From assembly GCF_001194135.2 (NCBI RefSeq), contig NC_068981.1, positions 42,507,906 to 42,571,590 of the forward strand: DNA of 63,685 nucleotides. The letters are read 5' to 3'. Below are positions 24,541 to 38,693 of the stretch, in pieces. Both the position numbers and the translations under genes were made by a program. Under the pieces are notes generated by a model. That model had not been told where the DNA came from. It worked only from the letters and a program-made list of their open reading frames with translations, and did not search any database. The stretch is from Octopus bimaculoides. Taxonomy: Eukaryota. Numbering within the stretch: the stretch's first letter is position 1; each line of letters starts with the position of its first letter.

Positions 24541-26765
24541 AATTACTAAAGTCTGGTATCTATCTATCTATCTATCTATCTAGCTAGCTAGCTAGATATC
24601 CCCCAAGGTATTTCTCTGTCCACTTGTAAATATATTAAACTGATGATAAATTAAATGACAACTACGTACTTGTTTGCAGATTACAATAAATCCTATATTT
24701 ATAAATAGCTAAATATTACGTAATTCTAAGATTTTGTCAGCGTGATATAGATTGTCAGGTAATAAAGAGAAATTTTTTAGATCCCATCTTTATATGTTAA
24801 GCCAGTATAATTTATTAAAATTATCACAGTAGTATTGTTTCAGTGTTTTAAACGGTTTTGTAATGAATAACGTGTACACTTACAACCCGTTACGATATAA
24901 TTTTATATAATAGAAATATTGAGCTTTTTTCTATCTATCTTTATTAATATTCATTACAATATTTATTCAATAGAATTTGGGAGTATAATATCGAAGTGGA
25001 GGTCACTCTAACGTTGTTATTGCAACGTTATGTTATCTTTTATAGCATTTTTGGATCATTTGAGTATTTTATTGCTGAAATCTGTGTATGACTTCGAAGC
25101 AATTAGAAGAGCACGTTTGGAAATGTGGAACTTCACTCAGTTTATTTTCTCGATGTTTTTGCGAGATGATTTATTATGAAAAATTCTTCAGTTACGCACA
25201 GATTACGGAAAGAGTCTAAGTGTGTAAAAGGATTGATGAGTCTACAAGAATGCATCATTTAATACTGCAAGCTAATTCATTAGTTTTGATATAGGTTACG
25301 ACGCTAGTGCCGAATCGTCTCCGTAAACTTCTGAAAATATAAATATATAGGTGTTATCTGAATTTAAATGGACTTGCAGTCAATACGATGTAATCTATGC
25401 TGTTCTGATTTAAAGTTTCATTTGACTGTGGATAAGTAGATCAACGATTTTGACAATTGTATTCTGTAGTTTATGCATGACTGGAACAAGTTTCATGATA
25501 ATCTTTTTGACCGAAAAATATAAGGCTGAAAGGATAGTGAACTTATATTTTACGATCAAAGGAGACATAACTGCAATCCTCCTCTTTTGCTTCTTTCTGT
25601 TTTCTTTTTCGTTTTCCGGTTTTCACCCTTCCTCCTTTTATATCTATTTATTTCTCGTTTTTCTCGTTTTTACCTCTCATCCTATCAACATTTTCTAACT
25701 GGTTATGCCATGTGGGAATTGCCTGAAGATTGCGATAAGGCACCAGATGTGCTAAAAAATGCAATCTGAGATGCTTTCGTCGCATGAAAATAATAGTAGC
25801 CCATAAAAACATATTGTGTTTATAAAATAATATTTATCTCTACCAGATGGAGTACTTTTTTGTTGATCTTACCATCACAGAACAGTAAACTACATACACA
25901 CACTCGCTCTCTCTCGCTCTCTCTCGCTCTCTCTCGCTCTCTCTCGCTCTCTCTCGCTCTCTCTCTCTCGCTCTCTCTCACTCTCTCTCTCGCTGTCTCT
26001 CACTTTCTCTCTCTCTCATACACACAAAATCCAACGTTGTTATTTAAATATGTCTGACTGATACCGTGAACTATAATATTTGGGATACCTCATGTAAATA
26101 TGAATAGTTTTTTATGGTTCTCATTATAAGTTGACAATAAAAGTCTAATATATGCAGCAGATTCAATTCAATATGTTGATAACAAAAGCACATATGTTGA
26201 CATTAAAAAATCCCAGAAAAAAAAATCTATTAGCACATTACCGTCGAAATCTTACATGTAAAATATACATTGGTGTCGACAGAACTCGAAACTGAGTGAC
26301 GAAGTCACTACACCAAGAAAATAATGGTAAAATAAATATTCTTAACAGTGCTATATTAAGAAACCGCAATTACATCTGGTACTTAACTGAGACTTAATTT
26401 ATTGACTTAGAAAGGCAAAATTGTATTCAATGTAACAGTGAACTGAGAACTTAATAAACGCTTCAAAATGCACGGCATTGTGTTCAGAGAGATATAGATA
26501 CTATCAAGTAGCTGATGTTCTAAATATTATCATAATGATGTTAATATGGGTGGATATGTATATACGGGATAAAGAAAATCCTACCTTTTGTAAGTCTTCC
26601 CGAGCTAAGCCAAATTTCACACCGCTCTTAACGGTAACAACTTCGCTAGAATAATGAGACAACTCTCATTTCTTCCGTCTGTTACCTCAACCACCACATG
26701 AAATAGAGTGGTTAACGCAGAGTGAGAGAGAGAGGGAGAGAATGACATTGAAAGAGAGAGACAGG

Positions 26766-26816
<51 letters not shown>

Positions 26817-26972
26817 GAAGGGAGAGAAAGAGAGAGAGAAAGTCGTTTACTGGCACACAATTTTGTCCAGCAAACATCTAACATGTCCATTCAATCTGCT
26901 GAAAAGAAGAGATAATTTCTCACAAGTCACAATGTACTGTCTTAAAGGTTATACTTAACAGCAATTGTAGAA

Positions 26973-27145
26973 GCGCGCGGCTTAATGGTTAGGGTATTGG
27001 CCTCGTGATCATAAGATTGTGGTTTCAATTTCTGGACTGGGTGACAAAAATGCGTAATCCTGCAACGGACTAGTGTCCCATCCAGGTGGAAACCGGGAAA
27101 CTGGAAACCGGCCCTTATGAATTGATATGACTCGAGAAGGAAAAT
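26973..27145 (+). mobile_element. SINE family A, internally deleted
   Basis: tRNA-like head GCGCGGCTTAATGGTTAGGG...GGTTTCAATTTC. Confidence 0.6.
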
Positions 27146-29329
27146 TTACCTTTTTTTTAAACTTTACCTTACAGCATTGATTTCGCTGAAGTCATGAACA
27201 ACACTCTTCTTCCTATGCCTTTATCTTATCGGATTTTTAATGATGAACGCCAAAGTTGATCTCAACGGGATTTATGCAGAGAATGCAAATAGACGCAATA
27301 TTCACCGCAATCTATTGTTTACGATGCCCTGCAATTTCTGTTGGCTCTCTCCCTCAAAATTAGAACATATTACTAATGAATAATGACTATATTGCACACA
27401 CTCAATATATTTGATGAGGATAAATAACATAAAACGCTCTTACTTTTATAGATGAAAGGAAATTAGTATTTGTGATGGTTATGTCTTTCTAAATAGCATT
27501 GTGAAAAAAAAAAGGTGAAGAGAAAGAGAAATGACTTTAATACGCTGATGAAAATCAAGCCACAGCCTCATTTCACTGAATGCACGTACCTTTGTTAACT
27601 AAAGTCGCTAACTAAAGAGAAGTATAAAAATTAAAAGTGCCTGCTCAAAATTAAATTCTACCAAATTGCTAATTTATTGAACAATTATGAGAGAAAATTA
27701 TCAGTGAAACGACGCCATCTTTCCTTTGCCAAATATAACGTACAGAATTTCCGGTTGTTTAACGAGCTTTATAATAGCAGTTTTCTTTTCTACCTATACT
27801 TACAATTATAAACTTCAGATTAGCTTTCAGCAATGATTATGACTGAACAAAGTTGGAAATATAAGTAATTTTAAATGCAGACTTTTGCATTGTTGATAGA
27901 AGAACATCCCCAGACTAACTAAGCAAACACTGAAGTCAACAAGATGTCTTCTTAACTACGTAAACATTGGTGTATTAACATGAGGTTATAATATGAACGA
28001 ACACAGACATGGACAGAGACATTAGCTACACAGATATTACAAGTTCATATAGTATCCATACATACACGCACGCAAAACATACACACACGCACACACGCAC
28101 ACACACGCACACGAACGCACACGCACACATATTCACATTCTCAATTGTGCTCACATACCGATGTTTGTTTACGTGTTGATGTGTGTGCTGTTGTTTATAT
28201 TAAGATGTGTATGCGCATACTTATGATTATAGGTTGCCCTTGGATATTTACGTTTGTACACAAGAGTGAGTATTTATATGAATGTCTACCTCTGTACACA
28301 CACACACGAACACACACACATATACGAGGGTATATATGTGTATTTGGATTAAGTACACACAAACAAACACATATACTCACACATGTATATGCATTGGATA
28401 CACTTGTATGTGAATGTATGTGCGCAACGAGTGCATGTGTTTAGGTTGTATATTTGTGTGATGTCTGCATCTGTTCATGTGTTGAATACTACGTGTACAT
28501 ACAATGTGTAAATAAGATTTTGCTGGAGGCCTTTTCATAAAACGGCACACATGATTAATAATGGTGTCTAATAAATATATAAGCGATCATATATTATACT
28601 AGAAGAATAATGAAATTTCGGATAAGTTTTTTTTTTAATAAATATTGAAAACACTTTTTATTGAAAATATAATAATATGGGTAGAACTATTTTATGTAAT
28701 ATATATTTTATAAACAATTGAACCTCAAAAACAATATAGTGTTTAATATTTTAAAACACAAATGAGTTTACGTTGGTAGTGTGTCGGACTAAGTGGCTTT
28801 TTGTGTTTATTCATACTCTAAATTGAAATCGACTTTACATTCTATTCCTTAGAGTGGGAAACGGATAAATAAAGTAGGAATCATATACTGAGTTGTTTCA
28901 ATCCCCTCTTTTTTAAGTCTTGAGTGAGATGACGAGACCCCCTCCTTTGCGAGTTCACAAAAGCGCCATTGCATGTTCACTTGACATACTAAAACTAGCA
29001 GTTAAATTTTTGCTAATTCGCACCTTTCGTTATTTAAAATGTAATTACATGAACACCTAGCACAATGGTATAAAAATGAAGAGACGTTGATTGATGGATC
29101 GCTTTTTATTGTGATTATGATTGGCCATGTCTAACCTGCAACGAACCATTAGCAAGACCGATATTTGCTGAAACTAGGCCGACACAAAAGTCGAAATGAC
29201 AGATAGCTCGAATTATTAATTGTCTTACAGCATTTATCTATGTCCCTTCATAACTAACTTCATAATATTTATCTTTCTAATTCACTGAAGCCTAAAAACG
29301 GAACTAACGATGATACACACTTACGTTTA

Positions 29330-29357
29330 TGTCCGGTTCGTATGTATGTATGTATGC

Positions 29358-29390
<33 letters not shown>

Positions 29391-29660
29391 TGTCCGTATG
29401 CATGTAAGTATGTATGTGCGTATGCATGTATGTATGTGCGTATGTATGTATGTATGTATGTATGTATGTATGTGCGTATGCATGTTTGCATGTGTGTGTA
29501 TGTATGTGTGTATGTATATATGTATGCATGTATGTATGTGTGTATGTATGTATAAGTATATATACTGTATATGTATGTACGTATGAGCAGTTCGTGCTTG
29601 TGTGAGAGTGTGTGTTTGTGAGTGAGAGTGTGTGTGTGTGTCTGTGTGTGTGTGTATGAG
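29330..29660. repeat. (TATG)n/(TG)n compound microsatellite
   Basis: Directly visible; it explains several spurious ORFs. Confidence 0.95.
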
Positions 29661-30023
29661 TGTAACTGACTATAGGATCGAAACTTTTGTGTATTCCATT
29701 TACCAAAGTGTATTTGTTCGCTTGTGGATATATTTGTATGTGCGTATGTAACTGTATGAACACATAAGCGTAAACAAGAGTTAAGATAGAAAAGCACAAT
29801 ATTAAAATTTGAATTATAAAGAGCATAGAAAAAAAAAACACATATCTGAATATCATAGCTGAATATCATAGCTGAATATCATAGTTGATATGGAATAACA
29901 AAAGAATATTACTGGTTAACATTGCAAAGAGAAAATTTTTCACATTTGTCGAATGAAAGATTAGGATCGCTTATGCAATGCGGTATAGTATACATAAATA
30001 GATACAGTCCACCTACATACACA

Positions 30024-30094
<71 letters not shown>

Positions 30095-30342
30095 TTGGGC
30101 CCCTGTGTGTGAAAATATTGGCAAAAATTATACATATTAGGAAAACACCGCAGCTTTCAAAGTATTAACTTTCAGATTAGTATGAAATCCGAATAAAAAT
30201 AAAATCCATGTATCATATAACAAATCAAAAGACCATTACTATGAGACTGAGCACAACAATGTTATAATTGATATATACCGGGGTGTTGAATATGTAGAGA
30301 CACGTAGACAGTACGTTCTAAGTGATGATCGTCATATTAATA

Positions 30343-31111
30343 TCTGTAGTATTTCTTCTGTCTTTACTTTCTGAGTTCAAATTCCGCCGAGGTTGACTTT
30401 ACCTTTCATCCTTCGGGGTCGATTAAATAAGTACCAGTTAGGTACTGAGGTCGATGTAATCGATTTAATCCCTTTGTCTGTCCTTGTTTGTCCCCCCTTT
30501 GTTTAGCTTCCTGTTGGCAATAAAGAAATAAATATTAAAATCTAAAGTACTTCATCTGTCTTTACATTCTGAGTTCAAATTCCGCCAAGGTCGACTTTGC
30601 CTTTCATCCTTTCGGGGGCGATAAATTAAGTACCAGTTGCATACTACAGTCGATCTAATCGACTGGCCTCTTCCTCACCAAATTTCGGGCCTTGTGCCTT
30701 GAGTAGAAACGAATATTAGTAGAAACGAATATTAATATCTGTAGTATTTCGTTTGTATTTACGTTCTGAGTTCAGATCCCACCGAGGTCGACTTTGCCTT
30801 TCATCTTTCGAGGTCGATTGAATAAGTACCAGTTACGCACTGGGGTCGATGTAATCGACTTAATCCCTTTGTCTGTCCTTGGTTGTCCTCTCCATGTTTA
30901 GCCCCCTGTGGGCAATAAAGAAATAACTATTAATATCTGTAGTATTCCGTCTGGTCTTTACGCTGAGTTCAAATTCCGCCGAGGAAGACTTTGCCTTTCA
31001 TCCTTTCGGGGTCGATAAATTAAATGCCAGTTGCATACTACAGTCGATCTTATTGACTGGCACCCTGCCCCCAAATTTTGGGCCTTGTGCTTAGAGTAGA
31101 AAAGAATATTA
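30343..31111 (+). repeat. Tandem array of four 5'-truncated family-B SINEs with alternating tail types
   Basis: Units start at about 30343, 30540, 30736 and 30934, each with CTGAGTTCAAATTCCGCCGAGG...CCTTTCATC...GGGGTCGAT or a close variant. Confidence 0.9.
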
Positions 31112-31497
31112 TGTTGTTGTTGGCACTCTGTCGCTTACGACGTCGAGTGTTCCAGTTGATCCGATCAACGGAACAGCCTGCTTGTGAAATTAACGTGCAA
31201 GTGGCTGAGCACTCCACAGACACGTGTACCGTTAACGTAGTTCTCGGAGATATTCAGCGTGATACAGTGTGACAAGGCTGGCGCTTTGAAATACAGGCAC
31301 AACAGAAACAGGAAGAAAGAGTAAGAGCAAGTTGTGGTGAATGAGTACAGCAGGGGTCGCCACCCCCCTTCCAGAGCCTCGTGGAGCTTTAGGTGTTTTC
31401 GCTCAATAAACACTCACAACACCCGGTATGGGAATCGAAACCGCGATCCTATGACCACGTGTCCGCTGCCCTAACCACTGGGCCATTGCCCCTCCAC
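31112..31497 (-). mobile_element. Full-length SINE family A with 14-bp target-site duplication
   Basis: TSD AGAAAAGAATATTA at 31098-31111 and 31498-31511; (ACA)n tail; tRNA head at the right end. Confidence 0.92.
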
Positions 31498-32262
31498 AGA
31501 AAAGAATATTAAGATCTGTAGTAACTCCAAATAACAGATAATGAATCCGGTCAATACCGGTTTACGTATATTCAGTAAGTACATCCTAGAGTATATTCCG
31601 CTTAGAAAAATTGCTACTCCTTATCCATTATGGAATAATACATAGCACGTCTGTGTTTAGAATAGTCTCGCGGTATTAACGAAAAAAAATTGTGAATTTT
31701 TCATAATGTGATATAAAACGCTTATTCTTCTATAACTTACCCTCATCTCTAGAAAGGCTAAAATTTCACCCACAACATAGTACCAATTAGTGAATCTGAT
31801 ATTTTAATCCCGCACCTAAGTGAATGTATTCTCTATTTTCATTCTTAGTTTTAAAAAATTAATATCACTATGGGTTTCCGCGACGGGGCCTAATTATATG
31901 AAATTATTGGAATTTATACTTTTTGGGTCCTCTTACACAAGTACAATTTTCTTAATATTTCACATAATCTGATCAAATTGATCTATATAGATTTAAAGGT
32001 TTTGTAGTGTCAGTTAAAAAGTAGGTTTAAGTAGGGCAATACTACTACCGCTAGTCTTTTGGATATTAACTGAAGTTTAGAAACTAATAAATTTTACGCT
32101 ATCGAGAAAATATTACATATAAATATAAATTCGACACACCTTATTATTTTTCTAAATAATTTGCGTCCTAATTTTGATGACTGTATATCCTCATTGTCTT
32201 CAGATGATGCATTATTCAATAATGCATTATTCAATAATGCATTTATTATTAGAGCGAGTAAC

Positions 32263-32474
32263 AGGGCAGCGAGCTGGGAAAATCGTTTGCACGCCGGGCT
32301 TAGCGGCATTTCATTCGTCTTTACGTTCTGAGTTCAAATTCTGCCGAGGTCGACTTTGCCTTTCATCCTTTCGCTTTCGATAAATTAAGTACCAATGAAA
32401 CACTGGTGTCAATGTAATCGACTGGTCACTTCCCTCAAAATTGCAGGCCTTGTGCCTTCAGTAGAAAGGATTAT
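32263..32474 (+). mobile_element. SINE family B
   Basis: Head plus GAGTTCAAATTCTGCCGAGGTCGACTTTGCCTTTCATCC core. Confidence 0.88.
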
Positions 32475-35400
32475 TAAAACCAGTAATTTCGTCATATTGA
32501 TTTCAGGAATAAAATTTAGTATATGATCCGTACCAAAAATTTCAGGCGCAGAAATAGACACGAAATATTAATCCAGTATATATAATCGAAATATACAAAA
32601 CCATATTATCAGAGATTTCTGAAATTTAGATTCTTTCCATTTTCCATTAAACAATAGGTATAGAGTTACATATTAGAAATGCAGTTTAAGTAAGCTATTC
32701 CTGCTGTAAGAATTTAGCATGTTCTACCAAAATTATAATTTCACAAATTTATCAAAAATATTTACATGTGGATTAATAATGCATAATAGTTGTCTCTTTA
32801 ATGTCAATTTCCCTTCGAAAGCTTTAATCGATTTTGTTAAAGATTTAAGCGAGAGTAATATTGCTCTTTGAACTTACAACAGCTTGACTGTTAAAGTGGT
32901 TAGGAACCGATTTCATGAATATAGATTTGCAAAAAGAAAACAAAAAAACGAAAAAAAAAACAAGAAATATGATACAAATTTTTTCAAGGACACATAGGTT
33001 ATGAAAGGAATAGGTTTCTGCTGTGTTTAAAATTCTGTGGTTGATCCCAAGCTAAGTCAATCCTTATGTTTTCATTCGATTCTACCCTGTAAGCTTTATT
33101 TGAATGAGAAATTGATTTTATTTCAAACTGACAAAGGCGAGCAGGGATTGTATGCTCCACTATTGTGCACGAACCAGATAAAGTTAAAGGTATTCTTTCA
33201 TTCTTTGTAGGATATTCGATTTCATCTGCGCTTTTGAGGCTTCTATGTTTCTGTGCTTATAAAGAAAAGCTTCTTACTAAGTTATAAACCCGCAACTTAA
33301 GTGAGGGGAAAGATTCGATCATTTCGATACAAGTAATTAAATGCTACTAAAAGTTTCTAACATAGTGTACTGAATGTTTAATTTGGCGGGATTTGAAGTA
33401 AGATCATAAAGGATTGTTAGCAAAACCGATCGCCAAAATATCGATTTCTCTGTTAATTCGGTAAATCCTAACTTGTACGAATGAATACTCTTAGGAGATC
33501 ACGAATGTGCACGAGTGAGATAACATTTGAATTAATCGATCCAAGTATAATATGAGACTCATTTGCCAGACAACGATTAAAGGTATAGTAACACGAGCCC
33601 GATACAATATAATCTAGCTAATAATGCGCCATTGTGTATTCGGTCAAAGCGGTAGAAACAATCCTAAAACTTCATCTGTTTTTTTAAAAAACGCACAAGA
33701 TATATTGTCTAACATGCCTTACAAATAATATGCACATCTATGTCAGAAATGAATGTTTTCATCATAGGTTTGTCCTATGAGAACTGACCAGGGACTAAGC
33801 AACAACATAAATTCAGATCAAGAACCTGAACGATTATGTCCTCCACTGTAAAGTTTCCAATATGTACAGATCATAGTATGCTAATTAAATATATATGCAA
33901 TTCTTGAACACATCGTTAATGCTGTATCCTTGGGTCACTGGGTATTTTGGATTTTACTCCATTTACTCCCATCTAGGCGACTTGACCTAGGTCAACCAAA
34001 CCTATGACTTCGTGCGGCATTTTACTGACACCCCGGATCCTCTATTTTCAGTCAAAGACATCCAACTAGGTCCTCAGCAGTTCCTCCTTTGTTTTGATGA
34101 CTCGTTTTCCACTGATTCCTGTAAAGCTTAAAATTCCATAAGTCTCACTCGGGCACGAGCCGTAAACACTTGACTGCCCGCCACCAGTGGAAAACGTAGT
34201 TTACCCCACACATTCGCCCTCTTCATATCTTGCGTCTCGACCATCTTCTCCTCCCAGGAAACAAGCTAATTAATAGTAATTTCTAAAAACAAGTTCAATG
34301 ATAGACATTTTAAGTACCTGGAGTATTGTAAACTTTACCTCAGCGTTTCAGTCAGCCATTTAAAGTCGACGTTGTTAATAAACACACTGCCTTGCCTGAA
34401 TCTCAGGTGCTTTGCGTATACAAGTATAAGAACATATATTCAGAGTCTACACCTATCTAACTGCATTGAGCATTCTTGTGTTATTACATTAAAACTTATA
34501 TATATATATATATNNNNNNNNNNNNNNNNNNNNNNNNNNNNNNNNNNNNNNNNNNNNNNNNNNNNNNNNNNNNNNNNNNNNNNNNNNNNNNNNNNNNNNN
34601 NNNNNNNNNNNNNNNNNNNNNNNNNNNNNNNNNNNNNNNNNNNNNNNNNNNNNNNNNNNNNNNNNNNNNNNNNNNNNNNNNNNNNNNNNNNNNNNNNNNN
34701 NNTATATATATATATATATATATATGGAGAGAGAGTGAAGAGAGAGAAAGCGATAGGGACAGAGAGAGTGAGAGAGGGGAAGAAAAAGAGAGAAGGAGAG
34801 AGAGGGAAGAAAGCGAGAGAAGAAGAGAGAGAGAGACTGAGTAAGGAAGATAAAGAGTGAAAGAAATATTCTTACATAGATTCTTGCATCCATGTATTCA
34901 AAGAACACAGTCCTGAAATGGCTGTTTTGGACAGGAAATTAAAGTCATGTTCAGTTGCATAGGTCAGTTTCTAAACGGATGTTCATATTTCATTGAAAAT
35001 TAGTGAGAAAAGAACATTTATGGTCAACTACATAAGAAACCTATGTGTTCTTTACCCAGGTTATGAATTTACATCTGTAACTAAATCATTGGTCCACTGA
35101 ATTATGCTACAATGTTTTAAGTAATAAGTCTAAAAGAGCTGGAAGTTTTAGACAAAGAGCCTATTTAAATCAAACTATAAATTAAATCTACAAACTAAAC
35201 GATGAGAATAAGCACAATGTTTTTAAATTCAGTATGTTACACTCTACCATTATTATCTAAAGTACGATTATGGAGCTGTGTTTATGAGTTGGAGACTAGC
35301 CTTTCCCTATTTGAAGATTTAACTGAACTGCGGCATTACAGTGAAAATATCTTAACCACATTCGTACACATATATTTTAGTATACGTATTTCGTTAGTAT

Positions 35401-35647
35401 TTATATACTTGCACACACACACACGCACACACACAAATTCACACACACACAAATGCATGCACACACACGCGTGCGCGTGTATGTCTATGCTTAAATGGAT
35501 TTCTTTCTATTCAATCAATGAGTATTCCATTTTTTCATCAATTGAACTACTTTAAGCTAATCATCAGATAGATTCAGCTTAATATTTCTTCTATTTTGAT
35601 CGTAACACAAGACAGTCTTTTGCCTAATATTAATGAATTTATATGTA

Positions 35648-35910
35648 GACGCATGGCCTAGCGGTCACGGTGCTACACTCACGATCGTGAAATCGTGGTT
35701 TTAATTCCTAGACCAAGTGTAGCATTGTGTTCTTGAGCAAAACACTTCATCTCAGGTTGGTCTGCGATACCTGACGTGTGGTATATTGCGTACCTGTTCA
35801 GCCTATGCCGATTTGATGGCGGGGTACAGCACAAGCATTCAATCATTATAAACAAATCTTTTGTGTAGGTTGTTCGACAAAAGCTGAATACTCATAGACC
35901 ATCTTCATGT
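35648..35910 (+). mobile_element. SINE family A
   Basis: tRNA head followed by TGTGTTCTTGAGCAAAACACTTCAT. Confidence 0.75.
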
Positions 35911-38643
35911 AGGCTCTTCGGTAAGAAATTTCAAAACCGTCTCTCTCAGATTACGAGAGACACCGACTCCCATAAATAATTTTATGTTCTCCGTGCGAGT
36001 GTCTCCCTGGTATTTGCATCCACAGTTTTCTATTCTCTTTTCTCTCTCTACTATGCCGTCTCTCTCTCTCTCTTTCTCTTTCTCTTTCTCTTTCTCTTTC
36101 TCTTTCTCTTTCTCTACCCTCTATCACTCTCAGCCCGTTCCTCCTCTTCCTAATTGATACTCTTCCTCTCCAGCATTTTGTTCATCTTGCATGATCTGTT
36201 TGTTTTTGAGCTTAACACAATATAATTTAAAATATTCATATGACACCTAACTTATAACAACATTAATTATATCAATGCACGTTTGATATAATCGTAAAAT
36301 AGTATGTTAGGTCGATGAATTATAACTATACAGCAACATCTATCAGCGCTTTATAACATCGATACATAAAAGAACAGAAACTAACTAATGCCACATTAAT
36401 CATAATCGGTCACTTAAAATTACGTTCCCACGCATTTACTTAAGTAATTAATATAATAAAAAGGCTACTAATAGAATAACCCCAGCATCTGTCATAAAAC
36501 AATCAAATGTTTCACACAGTAGCCGTTATAATTGAGGAACCCAGAATAAAACAATTTACAATCTTTCATTAATTTTACCCATCATATATATGCGTTATCT
36601 CTTTGCCCTGTTTTATGTATGAAGCACTTTGAAACAGACTAATAAATGAGCTAAACTAACAAATCCAATGTATATTAGGAAATAGTATATCTTAATATAT
36701 AACAGCTAAATTGTAAATATATTAACACATCAAAATGTGTTACATAGATTTTAGATCGTTAGGTAAATACACTAAACAACAAATATCAATTCACAATATA
36801 ATTAAGAATTAAAACAATTATAAAAGTAGCGACGCTTCCACCGAATTCTTGTACCCAAGTAGACCTAAATTCAAAACGTCAGCTCTGATTTCTTCAAATT
36901 CATTAATGATTTCATACACTATGAATAAACTCATATTTATAAAATTTCAATTCACCACAGCTAATACATTCTCGATAATATAATAAAAAAATTATCAGTT
37001 ATAACAATGGTAAGCCTTTGTCTCCTCAAAATAATGATTATCCTCTGTCCCCCTCTTCCATTTATAATGTGTTACACGAATGTAAATGTTACTCATTCAG
37101 ATTTACTATTGCTGCGAAGAAAAGCCTTTCAACAACCATCGAGATCGTTCTTTTGTTGCATCAAACTATTCATAAGATTTACATAGTTTTGCCTACAGTT
37201 CTCACACATTTACATGCATACATACATACGCACATACATACATACATACATACATACATACATACATACATACATACATGCACACACATATATTATAAAT
37301 AATATATATATATATATGCCTATAAACATACATATTATAATATCAGGAAATCAATATTAGAAAATTCATCAGAAAGATATATACATGTGTAAAATGATTG
37401 TTGTATTAAAAATATATATAAAAATATATGTAAATATGTATAATTATAAATATTTAATAATAATAAATATGACAGTTTAAATGTTTTGAATTAAGTTTTA
37501 AAGCATCTTACGATCGTTTCGCAGAAGTGCTGTCCTAATAATTGAATCGTATATTGATAAGCATTTATAGACAACACTTCTGCTCTTCAGAGATATAAAC
37601 TTTGAACTTTTTATAATTTATCGAATAATAGTTTTTTTTTAAAAATAGGGTGTTTCTTTGAAATATAAATTAAAGATGAAACATTATTGCTTTTGATTTT
37701 GGTAAGTACACTTTAATATGAGACTTTAATCCCCCTCTCTCACATTTCTTGGCCTTTCCTTCATTCTCACTTTCCTACCTCTTTTACCTCACTCTATCCC
37801 TTTCCTTTCTATTTCTCTCTTTCTCGTCCCTCCTTAATTCTTCAATCGCTCTGCCACTACCTCTCTTCTCTCTGTCCACGTGACCGGTGTTCCGCCAAGC
37901 CTGACCTTTTTTTCTTCGTTCAACTACCATCCGTGTAGCATCTCTTATATCCCTTCCCATGACTTTCATCTCTTATATGCCTGCCGTAAGGCTTCACTTC
38001 CACACACGCCAGCTTAATTTATTTCGTCCTTCGTCGAAAGACACCTGTTGTTTGTATTTGTAATTGTGTACCATTTCTCCGTTTTTTCGTCCTTGTTTTC
38101 GCTTGCTTTCTTCCAAGGAATCTGGTGCTCTTAGCTTAGATTTTCTTGGGGCGGCCAGATTGGAGCAGTCTCGTGTGTAATCGGCCGAAACTGCTAAGAT
38201 AATCGAGTACTCGACTGAGGATAGGAAGCTCCGAATGACCCTTGCTTTATCGTGTCTTTGTTTGTATCCGGATGCTTTGTTGTCGCCTGCTATGTTCTTG
38301 TCACATTTTTGTTNNNNNNNNNNNNNNNNNNNNNNNNNNNNNNNNNNNNNNNNNNNNNNNNNNNNNNNNNNNNNNNNNNNNNNNNNNNNNNNNNNNNNNN
38401 NNNNNNNNNNNNNNNNNNNNNNNNNNNNNNNNNNNNNNNNNNNNNNNNNNNNNNNNNNNNNNNNNNNNNNNNNNNNNNNNNNNNNNNNNNNNNNNNNNNN
38501 NNNNNNNNNNNNNNNNNNNNNNNNNNNNNNNNNNNNNNNNNNNNNNNNNNNNNNNNNNNNNNNNNNNNNNNNNNNNNNNNNNNNNNNNNNNNNNNNNNNN
38601 NNNNNNNNNNNNNNNNNNNNNNNNNNNNNNNNNNNNNNNNNNN

Positions 38644-38693
<50 letters not shown>

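Noticed and set aside
25587-25769. Protein-like GYAMWELPEDCDKAPDVLKNAI after a pyrimidine tract
   Set aside because: No AG acceptor follows the tract, and there is no homology.
33990-34110. RT-like fragments TYDFVRH and QLGPQQFLLCFDD
   Set aside because: Motif spacing is far too short and similarity is weak.
37990-38312. GC-richer block containing CTGAGGA and GCCGAAAC
   Set aside because: The hammerhead boxes are in the wrong order without supporting stems. It is probably an interspersed repeat, but cannot be classified from one copy.
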